Origin: Planctomycetota bacterium
GTDB lineage: Bacteria; Planctomycetota; PLA2; JAEUHO01
Assembly (NCBI GenBank): GCA_050248855.1
Contig: JBFWRP010000005.1
Location: forward strand, 139,379-203,378
Direction of reading: 5' to 3'
DNA: 64,000 bases
Below the pieces are notes generated by a model. That model did not search any database. It was not told the DNA's origin and saw only the letters and a program-made list of their open reading frames with translations. How positions within the stretch are numbered: position 1 is the stretch's first letter; each line of letters starts with the position of its first letter. The translations under genes and the position numbers were made by a program. Positions 11,139 through 21,859 of this stretch are shown piece after piece.

Positions 11139-12203
11139 CTACACCCGCTCCAGCAGGCGCCGCGCGGCGTTGAGGGCCCAGCGGGGGGCGGCGGCGGAAG
11201 CGGCGGCGAGCGCTCGCCGCAGGTCGTCGGGCGAGGCGCCGAGGCGCCGGGCGGCGCGGAGGTGGCCGAGGAGTGGGGCCTCGAGGCCCCCCATCGCCGT
11301 GAGGAGCGAACAGGCGAGCAGCTCGCGCTGGAGAAGCGTGAGCACGTCGTCGCGGCAGAGGACGCGCCCGTAGGCGAAGGAGCGGATCCACCTGGCCAGC
11401 GTGGGGTGCAGCGCGTCGAGTCCTTCGTGGATGCGCGCGGCCGTGTCGCCGTAGACGTCGGCGAAGCACTGCGTGCCCTGCCGGGTGGCGACCTCGGGCG
11501 TCGGCGCCTCGGCTTCCCCCACCGCGCGCGGGGTGTCCAGATGGGGCGCGGCGGCTTGGAACGCGGCGATCGTGCGCGGGAAGCCCGCGTAGGGGGCCAG
11601 CTGCAGCAGCGACTCTTCGACCTGGGCACTCGAGGCACCGGCGCGGCGCGCGCTCGCCGCGGCGCCTTCGACCAGCTCGGCGCGTCCTGCTGCGCCCGCG
11701 GCACAGAGCGCGAGCAGGTGGTCGAAGGGAGCGCCCGCTTCGAACGGCGGCAGGCGATCCGTCCATGCGACCGACACGTGCACGCGCGCGGGGTCCGCGA
11801 CCCACGCGAGGAGGCCGCGGTGGTAGGGCGCCGTCATGCGCTGGGGCAGCTCGGCAAGCGGCACCCACGCGTGCTCGTGGCTGCCGCCTCCGGCATCACC
11901 GAGCAAGCGCACGCGGAAGACGAAGGTCCGCCAGCTGCTCCGACGCGGACCACCGGCCCCATCGCGAACCGTGCCGTCCTCGGCGTAGAGGAGATCGTCG
12001 ATCTCGATGGCGCCGCCCCCGACCTCTTCGCTCCACTCGCGAGCGAGCGTCTGGGGCAACGTCTCGTCGGGCTCGACGCGCCCGCCGGGGAGGTCCCACG
12101 TGGGAGAATCGCGGCCCTCCACGTAGCGGCGGTTGTGCACGAGCAAGACCTGACCGTCCCGCTCGCACCAGCCGCACACCGAGTCGTGGTGGTCGATCGT
12201 CAC
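11139..12203 (-). CDS. NUDIX hydrolase fused to a carboxymuconolactone decarboxylase (CMD)-like domain
   Basis: Nudix box WDLPGGRVEPDETLPQTLAREWSEEVG; CMD-like YAGFP, FAYGRVLCR..L...RELLA...HLRAA..LGAS; GTGA overlap with pdxH. Confidence 0.8.
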   Translation of the reverse strand: MTIDHHDSVCGWCERDGQVLLVHNRRYVEGRDSPTWDLPGGRVEPDETLPQTLAREWSEEVGGGAIEIDDLLYAEDGTVRDGAGGPRRSSWRTFVFRVRLLGDAGGGSHEHAWVPLAELPQRMTAPYHRGLLAWVADPARVHVSVAWTDRLPPFEAGAPFDHLLALCAAGAAGRAELVEGAAASARRAGASSAQVEESLLQLAPYAGFPRTIAAFQAAAPHLDTPRAVGEAEAPTPEVATRQGTQCFADVYGDTAARIHEGLDALHPTLARWIRSFAYGRVLCRDDVLTLLQRELLACSLLTAMGGLEAPLLGHLRAARRLGASPDDLRRALAAASAAAPRWALNAARRLLERV

Positions 12204-12862
12204 GGCTGGAGTCGCGCGACCGACCACGAGCCGTCGCCCGCACGCCGATAGAGCAAGCGATCGTGCAAGCGATCGGGACGGCCCTGCCAGAGCTCGATCG
12301 TGTGCGGCACGAGGCGAAAGCCCCCCCACCGCGCAGGCCGCGCGATGGCCTTGCCTTCGAACGCCTCCTCCAGCGTGCGGCGCCGTGCCTCGAGCGCCTC
12401 CCGGCTCTCGATGGGCCGGCTCTGGTGCGAGGCCGCCGCGGACAGCTGGCTGCCGCGCGGTCGCGCACCGTGGTACGCGTCGCTCAGGGCGTCATCGACG
12501 GGCAAGGCCTGGCCCTCGAAGCGGATCTGGCGCACCAACGCGGGCCACCAGATGGTGAGCGCGGCGTGCTCGTTGCGCATCAGCTCGTCGCCCTTGCGGC
12601 TCTCGCGATCCGTGTAGAAGATGAGCCCCTCGGGCTCGAACCCCCGCACGAGCACGATGCGCACGGAGGGCCGCCCATCGGGCGTGCTCGTGGCCAGCGC
12701 CGCCTCGCTGCCGTGCACGTCGTCGCGCGGATGCTCGGCGTACCAAGCGAGCGCCTCGCGGTACCAAGCACCTGCGGCCTCCATGGCGTCGGACGGCAGG
12801 TCGCCCGCCTCGAGCGGACGGCCGTCGTAGTCGCTTCGCGGCCAAGTCGGCGACGTGCTCAC
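12200..12862 (-). CDS. pdxH: Pyridoxamine 5'-phosphate oxidase
   Basis: GRPSVRIVL, FYTDRESRKG, RPRGSQLSA, WGGFRL, ELWQGRPDRLHDR. Confidence 0.92.
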   Translation of the reverse strand: MSTSPTWPRSDYDGRPLEAGDLPSDAMEAAGAWYREALAWYAEHPRDDVHGSEAALATSTPDGRPSVRIVLVRGFEPEGLIFYTDRESRKGDELMRNEHAALTIWWPALVRQIRFEGQALPVDDALSDAYHGARPRGSQLSAAASHQSRPIESREALEARRRTLEEAFEGKAIARPARWGGFRLVPHTIELWQGRPDRLHDRLLYRRAGDGSWSVARLQP

Positions 12863-14136
12863 GTGAGGGTCTCCGGTGCGCTGCGCACGCGGTCCAGGTC
12901 GCGCGCCAGCAGCAGGTACCCGACGATACCGGAGGCGGTCGCCAGCACCCCCGTCACGGCGAACAGCGGGCGCACTCCTGCGGCCTCGGCCAGCGCGCCG
13001 GCTCCGAGGCACGAGAGCGCCGTCATGCCCATGACGGTCACGTGGACGAGGGCGAACACTTTGCCGCGGCGGCCGTCGGGGACGTGGGCCTGCAAGAGCG
13101 TCGTACGGGCCACGACGATGGCCGGGATGAACAAGCCGTGGAGCAGGATCATTGCGACCAAGGCGCCGTAGTGGTCGAGCCACACGAACGGCAGGTACGT
13201 GATCCCGTCCAACATCAGGGCCACCATGAGAACGCGGCCCAGCGGCAGGTTCTTGCCGAAGCGCGCCAGCAAGAGCCCGCCCAGCAGCATGCCCAGCGCC
13301 ATCGCCGCCTCGAACCACACCAAGTGCTGCGGGCCCAGTCCCAGCTCGTCCTTGAGCAACAACACGGGGCCCACGTAGGCCGGCCCCATCAGCGCGAGGT
13401 TGTTGGCGGCCGTCAGCAGGAGCAGCCCCAGGATCAGCTTGTCGCGGCGCGCCTCGCGCCAACCGCTCTTGACGTCGGCCCAGAGTGACGTCGCGTGGCG
13501 CTGCACGCGTTGGTGGCGCGGCAGGACGAGGGCGAACAGCGCCGCGGCCGAGACGAGGAACGTCAGGCCATCGGCCGCGATCACGGCCAAGACGCGATCG
13601 ACCGAGTCGCTGCCACCGAGGCCGCTGGCCAACAGCATGCCGCCCAGCAGGAGGCCGCCCAGCGCGGCCGTCGTCGCCGAGGTCTGGAACGCCGCGTTCC
13701 AGCGCGCGAGGCTGCGCGGCCCCACGATGGTCGGCAACAAGGCGTCGCGCGCCGGCACGAACGGCGTCGAGAACGCACCCAGCAGGAACGCGACGGCGAG
13801 CAGGGTTGCGAGCGTCAGCGGGAGTCCCGCGTGCACGGCGAGCACGAAGCCGAACAGGAGGCCCGCCCGGGCCAGGTCGCTGGCGATCAGGATCCGCCGC
13901 CGATCCCCGCGGTCGGCCCAGGCTCCGGCCAGCGGCGCGAACAGCAGCACGGGCAGGGCCGTCGCCGCCATGGCCAAACCCACCGTGAACTTCTGGCCCG
14001 TGACCTCGGCGGCCAGCCATCCGATGCACGGGACGAACAGCGCGTCGCCGGTGGCCGAGACGAGCTGGCCCCACCACAACAACAGCACGTTGCGTCGAAA
14101 CGGGTCGCGGGGGACCGCGGTCGCCGGCGTGTTCAC
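12859..14136 (-). CDS. MFS transporter
   Basis: LWWGQLVS, AGAWADRGDRRRIL, about 12 hydrophobic segments. Confidence 0.88.
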   Translation of the reverse strand: MNTPATAVPRDPFRRNVLLLWWGQLVSATGDALFVPCIGWLAAEVTGQKFTVGLAMAATALPVLLFAPLAGAWADRGDRRRILIASDLARAGLLFGFVLAVHAGLPLTLATLLAVAFLLGAFSTPFVPARDALLPTIVGPRSLARWNAAFQTSATTAALGGLLLGGMLLASGLGGSDSVDRVLAVIAADGLTFLVSAAALFALVLPRHQRVQRHATSLWADVKSGWREARRDKLILGLLLLTAANNLALMGPAYVGPVLLLKDELGLGPQHLVWFEAAMALGMLLGGLLLARFGKNLPLGRVLMVALMLDGITYLPFVWLDHYGALVAMILLHGLFIPAIVVARTTLLQAHVPDGRRGKVFALVHVTVMGMTALSCLGAGALAEAAGVRPLFAVTGVLATASGIVGYLLLARDLDRVRSAPETLT

Positions 14137-15521
14137 CGGTCGGACACCGCCATCCACGGCGGCAGGTCCAGGACCACGGGCGGTGGCGGCGACTGGGCCC
14201 CCGGCCCGCTCCCGGGCGCAAGCTCGCCGGCGGCGCGCGCGATCCAGTACGCGAACAGCCAGTCGGCACGCGTGTACGTCTTGATGGGATCGAGGGCGGC
14301 CCCCGGGGGAGGCACGCGGGCCGCGTCCACGTGGATCTTCCATGCCCAGTCCACGATGCCGCGCTCGCGGATGTCCACGATGCGGCCCGTGCGCACCATG
14401 CGCGTGCCGGCGAAGGGGATCTCCTGCTCCGACATGATGTGGAGCGTGGCGCGGATCTCGTCGACGAGCGCGCGCCGGTCGAGCTTGGAGTCGGCCAGCA
14501 GCTGGCAGGCGCACGTGCCCGCGTTCCACCAGCCGCGCGTGGCAGCGTACAGCGACCGCAGACCGCGCCGCGCGTTGTCCCGCGCGAGGGGGTCGCCCCA
14601 GAGGGCGATGGGCGTGAGCCCCAGCGTGACCATGTTGACGTTGGTCATCGTGATCTGCTGACCGAGCCAGGTGTGCTGCTCGGGCAGGGCGTTGCGCCAG
14701 CCGTCGCGGTCCATGCGGTCCTTGCGCTTGCGGTACCACGGCTCGCCCGCACGGCTACCCAGCACGAGGAACGGCGCGTAGCCGATGGCGGCGAGCGGAC
14801 CGTTCTTGATCATGGGCAGGTGCTCGACGGTCGGCCGCAGCTCCCCGAACTCGGTCTTGCCCCCGCGGCTGTTGCGCAGCCACATGTTGTCGCTGGCCAA
14901 GCGCTTGGCGATGACGCCCAACGTGGTCTCGGCGCGCGCGACGAGGGCCGGGTCGTCTACGTACATCAGGACGAGCGCGAGGCCGAACACCACGCCGACC
15001 AGCTGGTCGCGACTGACGTCGTCCTGGAACACGTAGCCGGGCATCGACGGGCTGTCGACGACGTTGCGCGGCCGCACGCGTCCGTCGGCCAAGCGCCCGG
15101 CCGAGCGACACAGTCGCCCCGGCGTGCCGGTCACGTGGGCCAGGAAGGAGAGGCCCCGGAGCAGGTGGTCCACCTGGGCCAGGGCATCGGGGTCCCGCGT
15201 GACGGACCAGCGGCACGCCTGCGCACCCAGGTAGCAGCCCGTCCAGATCGCCGCATCCGATACGGAAAGCACCTCGTAGGACAGGCCGTCGGGCCCCGCC
15301 CCTTGGCCGTGCTCGTACACCAGCAGGCCCTCGGGGGAGAGGTGGTGCCACATGCGCGCCTGGATGCGCTGGGCCTTGTCCCAGAGCATGGCGTCCGTGT
15401 TGCTCGGCTTGGGGCGGATGGGCCGGCCGGGCCCCGGGCCCGATTCGGCGGGGGCCGCGACCACGAGGGTGCCGAGGAGGGCGGTTACGAGCAACCAGGC
15501 AAGGGGCGTGGCGGAGCGCAT
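14133..15521 (-). CDS. Secreted hypothetical protein, possibly a helical-barrel enzyme
   Basis: Signal peptide; DAAIWTGCY and DDVSRDQLVG motifs; first gene of a translationally coupled run. Confidence 0.7.
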   Translation of the reverse strand: MRSATPLAWLLVTALLGTLVVAAPAESGPGPGRPIRPKPSNTDAMLWDKAQRIQARMWHHLSPEGLLVYEHGQGAGPDGLSYEVLSVSDAAIWTGCYLGAQACRWSVTRDPDALAQVDHLLRGLSFLAHVTGTPGRLCRSAGRLADGRVRPRNVVDSPSMPGYVFQDDVSRDQLVGVVFGLALVLMYVDDPALVARAETTLGVIAKRLASDNMWLRNSRGGKTEFGELRPTVEHLPMIKNGPLAAIGYAPFLVLGSRAGEPWYRKRKDRMDRDGWRNALPEQHTWLGQQITMTNVNMVTLGLTPIALWGDPLARDNARRGLRSLYAATRGWWNAGTCACQLLADSKLDRRALVDEIRATLHIMSEQEIPFAGTRMVRTGRIVDIRERGIVDWAWKIHVDAARVPPPGAALDPIKTYTRADWLFAYWIARAAGELAPGSGPGAQSPPPPVVLDLPPWMAVSDR

Positions 15522-15633
15522 GGCAAGCCGCCCACCCTACGCGGAGCCCCCCGCGCGCGAGCAGTCCGCGGGAAGCCCGCCGGGCGCAGCCTCGTCCCGG
15601 GGATAGGCTGGTGCGTCCTTCGGAGGAAGTGCG

Positions 15634-16828
15634 ATGCGCAAGCTGTGGGCGAGGCATGGGGTCTGGGCAGCGGCACTGGCTGGCTGCTGCATGTTCGCGG
15701 GTCCCGTCGCAGCGCGGGAGAAGCCGCTGCCCGACACGTCGATGTGGATCGAGGCAGGCAAGGCGGGACGCATCCAAGAGGCCGCCGAGGGCCTGGGTCG
15801 CCTGCTCGCGATCACGATCAAGGACGGCGACCTCGTGCATCAGATGGCCGTCGAGGACGCCCTCGAAGAGGCACTCGAAGGTCAGGTGTTCGGCCTCGGA
15901 GCCGCCGTCTGGCAGAAGTACGCCACGGCCTTGGACGGCCTCTTGGCCCAGCTGGGCGACGTCGATGCCTCGCACCCATTGCCCCACGGCTATGCCCTGG
16001 AACGCTGCTACGTGGCGACGCGGCTTGGCAACGCGGAGGGGCTCGAGGCCGCGCAGAAGCTCCTGCGGCGCCGGGCCACGCAAAGGGGCAATGGCGAGTT
16101 CGCTGGACGAGTCGACGACTACGCAGACGGGCTCGCGGCCGTGGGTGCTGGTCAACCGGAGCAGGCAGGGAAGAGGTTCGGGCCTGTGTGGACGAGCGCA
16201 AAGAAGCACGACTGGACCCTGTTCGCGTGCCACGTGGGGGTTGAGTACGTGGCGGCCCTGGCGGCGACGGACGCCTCCAAGGCGCAGAGCCAGCTCGAGA
16301 GCTTCGCCGCTTGGTATCTCGAACCGTCGCGCAGCGGCCTGCGCGGCGGCTCGAACGGCTGGGTCGCCGCCAGGATGAAGGCCCTGCCGGGCGAGCTACC
16401 TGCGCAGTGGCAGACGCTTCTCGAGGCGGCTCCCTCCGCCGGGGGATCCGCAGGTGCCGCGGGCGGAGCTGGCGGCAATGCCGTGCGCCCGGGAGCACAA
16501 ACGCGCGTGGCCGAAGTGCTGGAGCGCGCCAAGAGCAGCACGGTCCTGGCAGAGGTCACGCGCGGTAGCGACGGGTTCGAGATCCGCTACCCCTTCGAGC
16601 GGGCATTCCGCCAGAGCGCCGAGCCGAACAAGGGCGTCGGCGTGGACCACAAGGCCGAGTTCGGCATCACCTTGGCCATTGGCCACGCGGGCGTGCGCTT
16701 GGCCATGCTCGATCTCGTGGGCAACAAGGGCCAGCCCGGCGGTGCCAGCATGCCCAAGCCGTTCCAGCCCTTGTTCGAGCTGGCCCCAGGCGAGACGTGG
16801 ACGCTCAAGGCCGACGGCAGCGTCACGA

Positions 16829-16836
<8 letters not shown>
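15634..16836 (+). CDS. Secreted hypothetical protein
   Basis: GGAGG RBS, signal peptide, coding-like codon use. Confidence 0.7.
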
Positions 16837-17610
<774 letters not shown>

Positions 17611-17611
<1 letters not shown>

Positions 17612-17925
17612 CAGGCCGTCGCGCCGACCTTGAGCTCCATGACCTGGAACTGCGGCGACGACACGTGACGGTAGGCGATCTCGGGCAGCGTCCCGCTCTC
17701 GCGGACGAAGCGGCTCATCTCGGTGTACGCCGCGCGGTCCTTCATCACGTTCAGCTCGACGAGGCGACCCGTCGGGCCCGACGGCCCCACCTCCTCGTAG
17801 ACCTCGTAGCGCTCGCTGCCGTGGGACTCCCAGTAGGGCTTGAGCTCGTCGCGCGCGCGGCGCAGGAACTCGTCCTTGTGACAGGGCTCGATGCTGAAGG
17901 TGACCAGGGAGAGGACGCGCGCCAT
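17611..17925 (-). CDS. Small dimeric alpha-beta barrel (NIPSNAP/ABM-like) protein
   Basis: 104 aa; F...DEF...LKPYWESHG pattern; TGATG coupling with the ATPase gene. Confidence 0.55.
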
Positions 17926-17977
17926 GGCGGCAGGGTCGGGCTCCCGGGCGGGCGGGTCAAGCGGATAGGATGGAGCC

Positions 17978-18415
17978 ATGCGCGCCGTGCTCCTCGTGGC
18001 GGTCACCCTGGCGGCGGCCGGAGGGCTGTGGCTGGCATTCCGCGGGAGCATCGAGCCCAGCCCCGAGCTGACCTCCCCCGACGAGGCCGATCCGGCGGTC
18101 GTCGAAGACCCTGCGCGCGAGGCGGCGATGCGCGCCACGGTCGGCACGCTGGCCGTCCGCGTCCGTACCGAGGGCGGTGAGGTGCCGCCCGGTGCGGAGG
18201 TCGGCTACGAGGCCCTGCACCGCACCACATGGGTCCCCGCCGGGAGGGACGGGGTGCGGACCTTCACCAACGTGCCCGTGGGCATCGTGCACGCCCTGGC
18301 GCGCGCGCCCGGCTACGAGACGGCACGCCAACGCCGCGACCTTCCGCCTGGCCTCGCCGACGAAGCCCTGCTGGTCTTGCGTCGGGCCCCCGGAAGCACC
18401 CCGCCGCCGCGGTGA
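17978..18415 (+). CDS. Membrane-anchored hypothetical protein
   Basis: N-terminal anchor, ARAPGYE beta-sandwich-like motif. Confidence 0.65.
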   Translation: MRAVLLVAVTLAAAGGLWLAFRGSIEPSPELTSPDEADPAVVEDPAREAAMRATVGTLAVRVRTEGGEVPPGAEVGYEALHRTTWVPAGRDGVRTFTNVPVGIVHALARAPGYETARQRRDLPPGLADEALLVLRRAPGSTPPPR

Positions 18416-18428
18416 TAGCCTCCGATCC

Positions 18429-19697
18429 GTGAGCTCCGCCTCCCCCACGTCCTCCGATGCCGCGTTCTCCGAGCGCTACTTTCGCAAGGGCTTGGGCCTG
18501 CGCCAGGAGGTGCGCGGCCAGGTGGCCTCGGAGTACCGCTCCGACTGGGCGCAGGCCTTCCGCGACAGCGGCCACGTCCTGACGTTCGCACGCGGGGACG
18601 GCGCCTCCACGACCTTCCAGCTGGCCCGCGAGTGGGGCTTTTGCTACGGCGTCGAACGCTCGGTGGACTACGCGTACGAGACGCTGCACCGCTTCCCCGA
18701 CCGGCGCATCGTGCTCACCGGCGAGATCATCCACAACCCGCGCGTCAACAACCGCCTGCGGGACCTGGGCATCCGCTTCCTCGGCGACGACGACGTGCCC
18801 GACGAGTCGGCCATCACGGCCGAGGATGTGGTGCTGCTGCCGGCCTTCGGCGTGGCGACGGTCCAGTTCGACGCGCTGAAGCAGAGCGGCGCCATCCTCG
18901 TGGACACCACGTGTGGCAGCGTGCTCAACGTCTGGAAGAACGTCGAGCGCTACGCCCGCGACGGCCTCACCTCCCTCGTGCACGGCAAGGCCAATCACGA
19001 AGAGACGCGGGCCACCGTCAGCCGCGCGGGCCTCTACCCGGGCGCGCATAGCCTCGTGGTGCTGGACATGGACGAGGCACGCCTCGTCGTGGACTACATC
19101 CTGGGCCGTGGCGACCGGGCCGCGTTCCTCGAGCGCTTCGCACCGCCCAAGTCGTCGCCGGGCTTCGACCCGGACCTGCACCTGGAACGTATCGGCGTGG
19201 CGAACCAGACCACGATGCTCTCCAGCGAGTCGCTGGCGATCGCCCGCGCCGTGGGCGAGGCCCTGCAGCAGCGCTACGGGGATGCGGACCAGCCCTCGCG
19301 CTTCCGCAGCTTCGACACGATCTGCAGCGCCACGCAGGACCGCCAGGATGCACTGGCCGAGCTCATCCAGCAGCCGATCGACGTGTTGCTGGTGATCGGC
19401 GGCTACAACTCGTCCAACACGGGTCACCTGGCCGAGATGGCCGACGGCATCGTGCCCGCGTTCCACATCACCGGCCCCGAGTGCCTCGTGGACGCCGCGC
19501 GCATCCTGCACAAGCCCATCCACCAGAAGGACGAGGTCCAGACGATCGGTTGGCTGAGGACCGACGGCGACCTGCGCGTCGGCCTCACCGCCGGCGCCTC
19601 CACGCCGGACGTGATGGTGGGCGCAGTCCTGGAGCGGCTGCTCGAGCTGCGCGGACATGCCGAGCCGTACCAGCCGGCGGGTTCCGCCGACGCCTGA
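18429..19697 (+). CDS. ispH: 4-hydroxy-3-methylbut-2-enyl diphosphate reductase
   Basis: GFCYGVER, EIIHNP, VDTTC, NQTT, DTICSATQDRQ, GGYNSSNT, TAGASTP. Confidence 0.93.
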   Translation: MSSASPTSSDAAFSERYFRKGLGLRQEVRGQVASEYRSDWAQAFRDSGHVLTFARGDGASTTFQLAREWGFCYGVERSVDYAYETLHRFPDRRIVLTGEIIHNPRVNNRLRDLGIRFLGDDDVPDESAITAEDVVLLPAFGVATVQFDALKQSGAILVDTTCGSVLNVWKNVERYARDGLTSLVHGKANHEETRATVSRAGLYPGAHSLVVLDMDEARLVVDYILGRGDRAAFLERFAPPKSSPGFDPDLHLERIGVANQTTMLSSESLAIARAVGEALQQRYGDADQPSRFRSFDTICSATQDRQDALAELIQQPIDVLLVIGGYNSSNTGHLAEMADGIVPAFHITGPECLVDAARILHKPIHQKDEVQTIGWLRTDGDLRVGLTAGASTPDVMVGAVLERLLELRGHAEPYQPAGSADA

Positions 19698-20927
19698 TCA
19701 CGTCTTCAGGCGCGGGTCGAGCGCGTCGCGCATGGCGTCGGCGAGCAGGTTGACCGCGAGAACAAGACCGAACATGGCCACGGTCGCGGCGGTGATCTGC
19801 CACCAGACGGACGGCGTGCGGATCAGCTCCTGCGCACCCTGGCGGATCATGGCGCCCCACGAGGCCTCTTCGGGCTCGAGGCCCAGGCCCAGGAACGAGA
19901 GCACGACCTCGAACTTGATCGCGCTGATGAACAGCAGCGAGAAGCTGACCAGCACCAAGTGGAATGCATTGGGCAGGACGTGCTTGAACAGCAAGCGGCT
20001 CGTGGGAAGGCCCAGGCTGCGACCGGCGGTCACGTACTCCAGCTCGCGCAGCTTGATGATCTCGCCACGCACGACGCGGCAGATGCCCACCCAGCTGGTG
20101 AGACCAACCGCGATGATGATCTGGAAGAGGCCGAGGGACAGGTCCAGACTCGTCCGGAAGAAGCTGGCGTTGAACCAGTCCTTGAGCTCGGGCTGCTGGC
20201 GGAAGACATAGGCGAACGCCAACAACAGCAGCAGGTACGGGATGCTGCTGATCGTCGTGTAGAGCCAGACGACGAGGTCGTCGACCCAACCGCCGAAAAA
20301 GCCGGCCACGGCCCCCAGCAACACGCCGATGAAGCAGGAGAGCGTGGCCGCAAAGAGCCCGATCCACAGCGCGGTCGTCGTCCCCCGCAGCGTGAGGGAC
20401 AGCACGTCGCGGCCCTGGAAGTCGGTGCCCAGCGTGGGGACCTCGCTGGAGGCCAGCTTGCGCGCCGGCTCGTTGTCCTGGGATTTGGCGTACTCGGTCC
20501 CGGGCTCGAGGTGCTCCATGCCCCGACGCGTGGCCGCGTAGCCCGACGCGATCCAGCCGGCCTGGGCCGCGATGCCCACGTAGACGTAGAGCAGGAAGAG
20601 GACCATGCTCGCCATCGCCACGTGGCTCTTCTGCAGCCGCCGGCTGGCCTGCTGCCAAGGCCCGAGCGGCGCCCCGGGTGCCGGGACCGGGCCCCAGAGC
20701 GGCGGAGGCGCGGGCGTCTGGAAGCCCAAGTACGACCCGGCGGCCTTCGCGTACGCCCCCGGATCGCTCGCGCGCTGCAGATCCTCGTTGCCGGCCGCCA
20801 ACGGGTACACGATCGCGCGGACGAGCAAGGAGCCGAGCGCCATCAGCGCGGCCAGCGGCCATGCGGCGATGCGCGCCGGCCACGCCAGGAAGCTCGCGCG
20901 GTACCTGTTCTCGCTGACGTCGCTCAT
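19698..20927 (-). CDS. Peptide ABC transporter permease (OppC/DppC-like)
   Basis: LGTDFQGRDV, EYVTAGRSLG, LSFLGLG..SWG. Confidence 0.9.
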   Translation of the reverse strand: MSDVSENRYRASFLAWPARIAAWPLAALMALGSLLVRAIVYPLAAGNEDLQRASDPGAYAKAAGSYLGFQTPAPPPLWGPVPAPGAPLGPWQQASRRLQKSHVAMASMVLFLLYVYVGIAAQAGWIASGYAATRRGMEHLEPGTEYAKSQDNEPARKLASSEVPTLGTDFQGRDVLSLTLRGTTTALWIGLFAATLSCFIGVLLGAVAGFFGGWVDDLVVWLYTTISSIPYLLLLLAFAYVFRQQPELKDWFNASFFRTSLDLSLGLFQIIIAVGLTSWVGICRVVRGEIIKLRELEYVTAGRSLGLPTSRLLFKHVLPNAFHLVLVSFSLLFISAIKFEVVLSFLGLGLEPEEASWGAMIRQGAQELIRTPSVWWQITAATVAMFGLVLAVNLLADAMRDALDPRLKT

Positions 20928-21856
20928 CGCAGCCGCACCCGCGGGTCCACGAGCGCGTAGAGCACGTCGCTGATGATCGTGAAGAGGATATAGAGGATGC
21001 CGCTGTAGACGACCAGCGCCTTGATGACCGGGTAGTCGTTGGTCGTGACGGCCTCGATGCTGAGGTAGCCGACGCCGGGGATGCCGAAGAAGCGCTCGAG
21101 CAGCAGCGAGCCCACGAACAGGAACGGGAACGCGATCACGACGCGCGTGATGATCGGGATCATCGCGTTCTTGAGGATGTGCCGGAAGAGGATCGTCCGC
21201 GTCGGCACGCCCTTCGCCGCCGCTGTCCGCACGTAGTCCTTGCCCATCTCCTCCAGCATCACCGTGCGGAAGAAACGGACGTCGCTCCCGACGGAGATCG
21301 CCACCCAGATGAGCCACGGCAGGATCAGGAACACGATCCCGTGCAAGCCCGACTCGTAGCCGAAGACCGGCAACAGGCTCCAGCGGTAGCCCACCCAGTA
21401 CTGCCCGAAGATGATGTAGGCCAACGACGACACGGAGAGCCCGGCTACCGCCGAGATCACCGTGAGGCGGTCCACGAGGCTGTCCCGGTAGAAGGCGCAG
21501 AGCAGAGCCAGCGCGATCGCGATGAGCGTGGCCAGGATGAACGCCGGCACGGTCACGCTGGCGCTGGGCCCGATGCCCTCCAGGATCAGGTCACTCACGG
21601 GGCGGTTCTTGACCCATGAGTCGCCGAAGTCGAGCGTGAACGTCTCGCCGAGGAAGCGCAGGTACTGGACGACGAGCGGCTTGTCGGTGCCCGTCTCGCG
21701 CCGGGCCTGCTCGATCTCGTACTCGCCGCCCTTCATGCTGACCAGCGCCTGGGCCGGGTCGCCGGCGGCCACGCTCAGGAGCAGGAAGGTGATGAGCGTG
21801 ATCCCGATCAGCGTCGGGATCGCCAGCAGCAGGCGGCGGGCGATGTATCCAGCCAC
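20924..21856 (-). CDS. Peptide ABC transporter permease (OppB/DppB-like)
   Basis: YIARRLL, DYVRTAAAKG, RHILKNAMIP, NDYPVI. Confidence 0.92.
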   Translation of the reverse strand: MAGYIARRLLLAIPTLIGITLITFLLLSVAAGDPAQALVSMKGGEYEIEQARRETGTDKPLVVQYLRFLGETFTLDFGDSWVKNRPVSDLILEGIGPSASVTVPAFILATLIAIALALLCAFYRDSLVDRLTVISAVAGLSVSSLAYIIFGQYWVGYRWSLLPVFGYESGLHGIVFLILPWLIWVAISVGSDVRFFRTVMLEEMGKDYVRTAAAKGVPTRTILFRHILKNAMIPIITRVVIAFPFLFVGSLLLERFFGIPGVGYLSIEAVTTNDYPVIKALVVYSGILYILFTIISDVLYALVDPRVRLR

Positions 21857-21859
21857 CGG

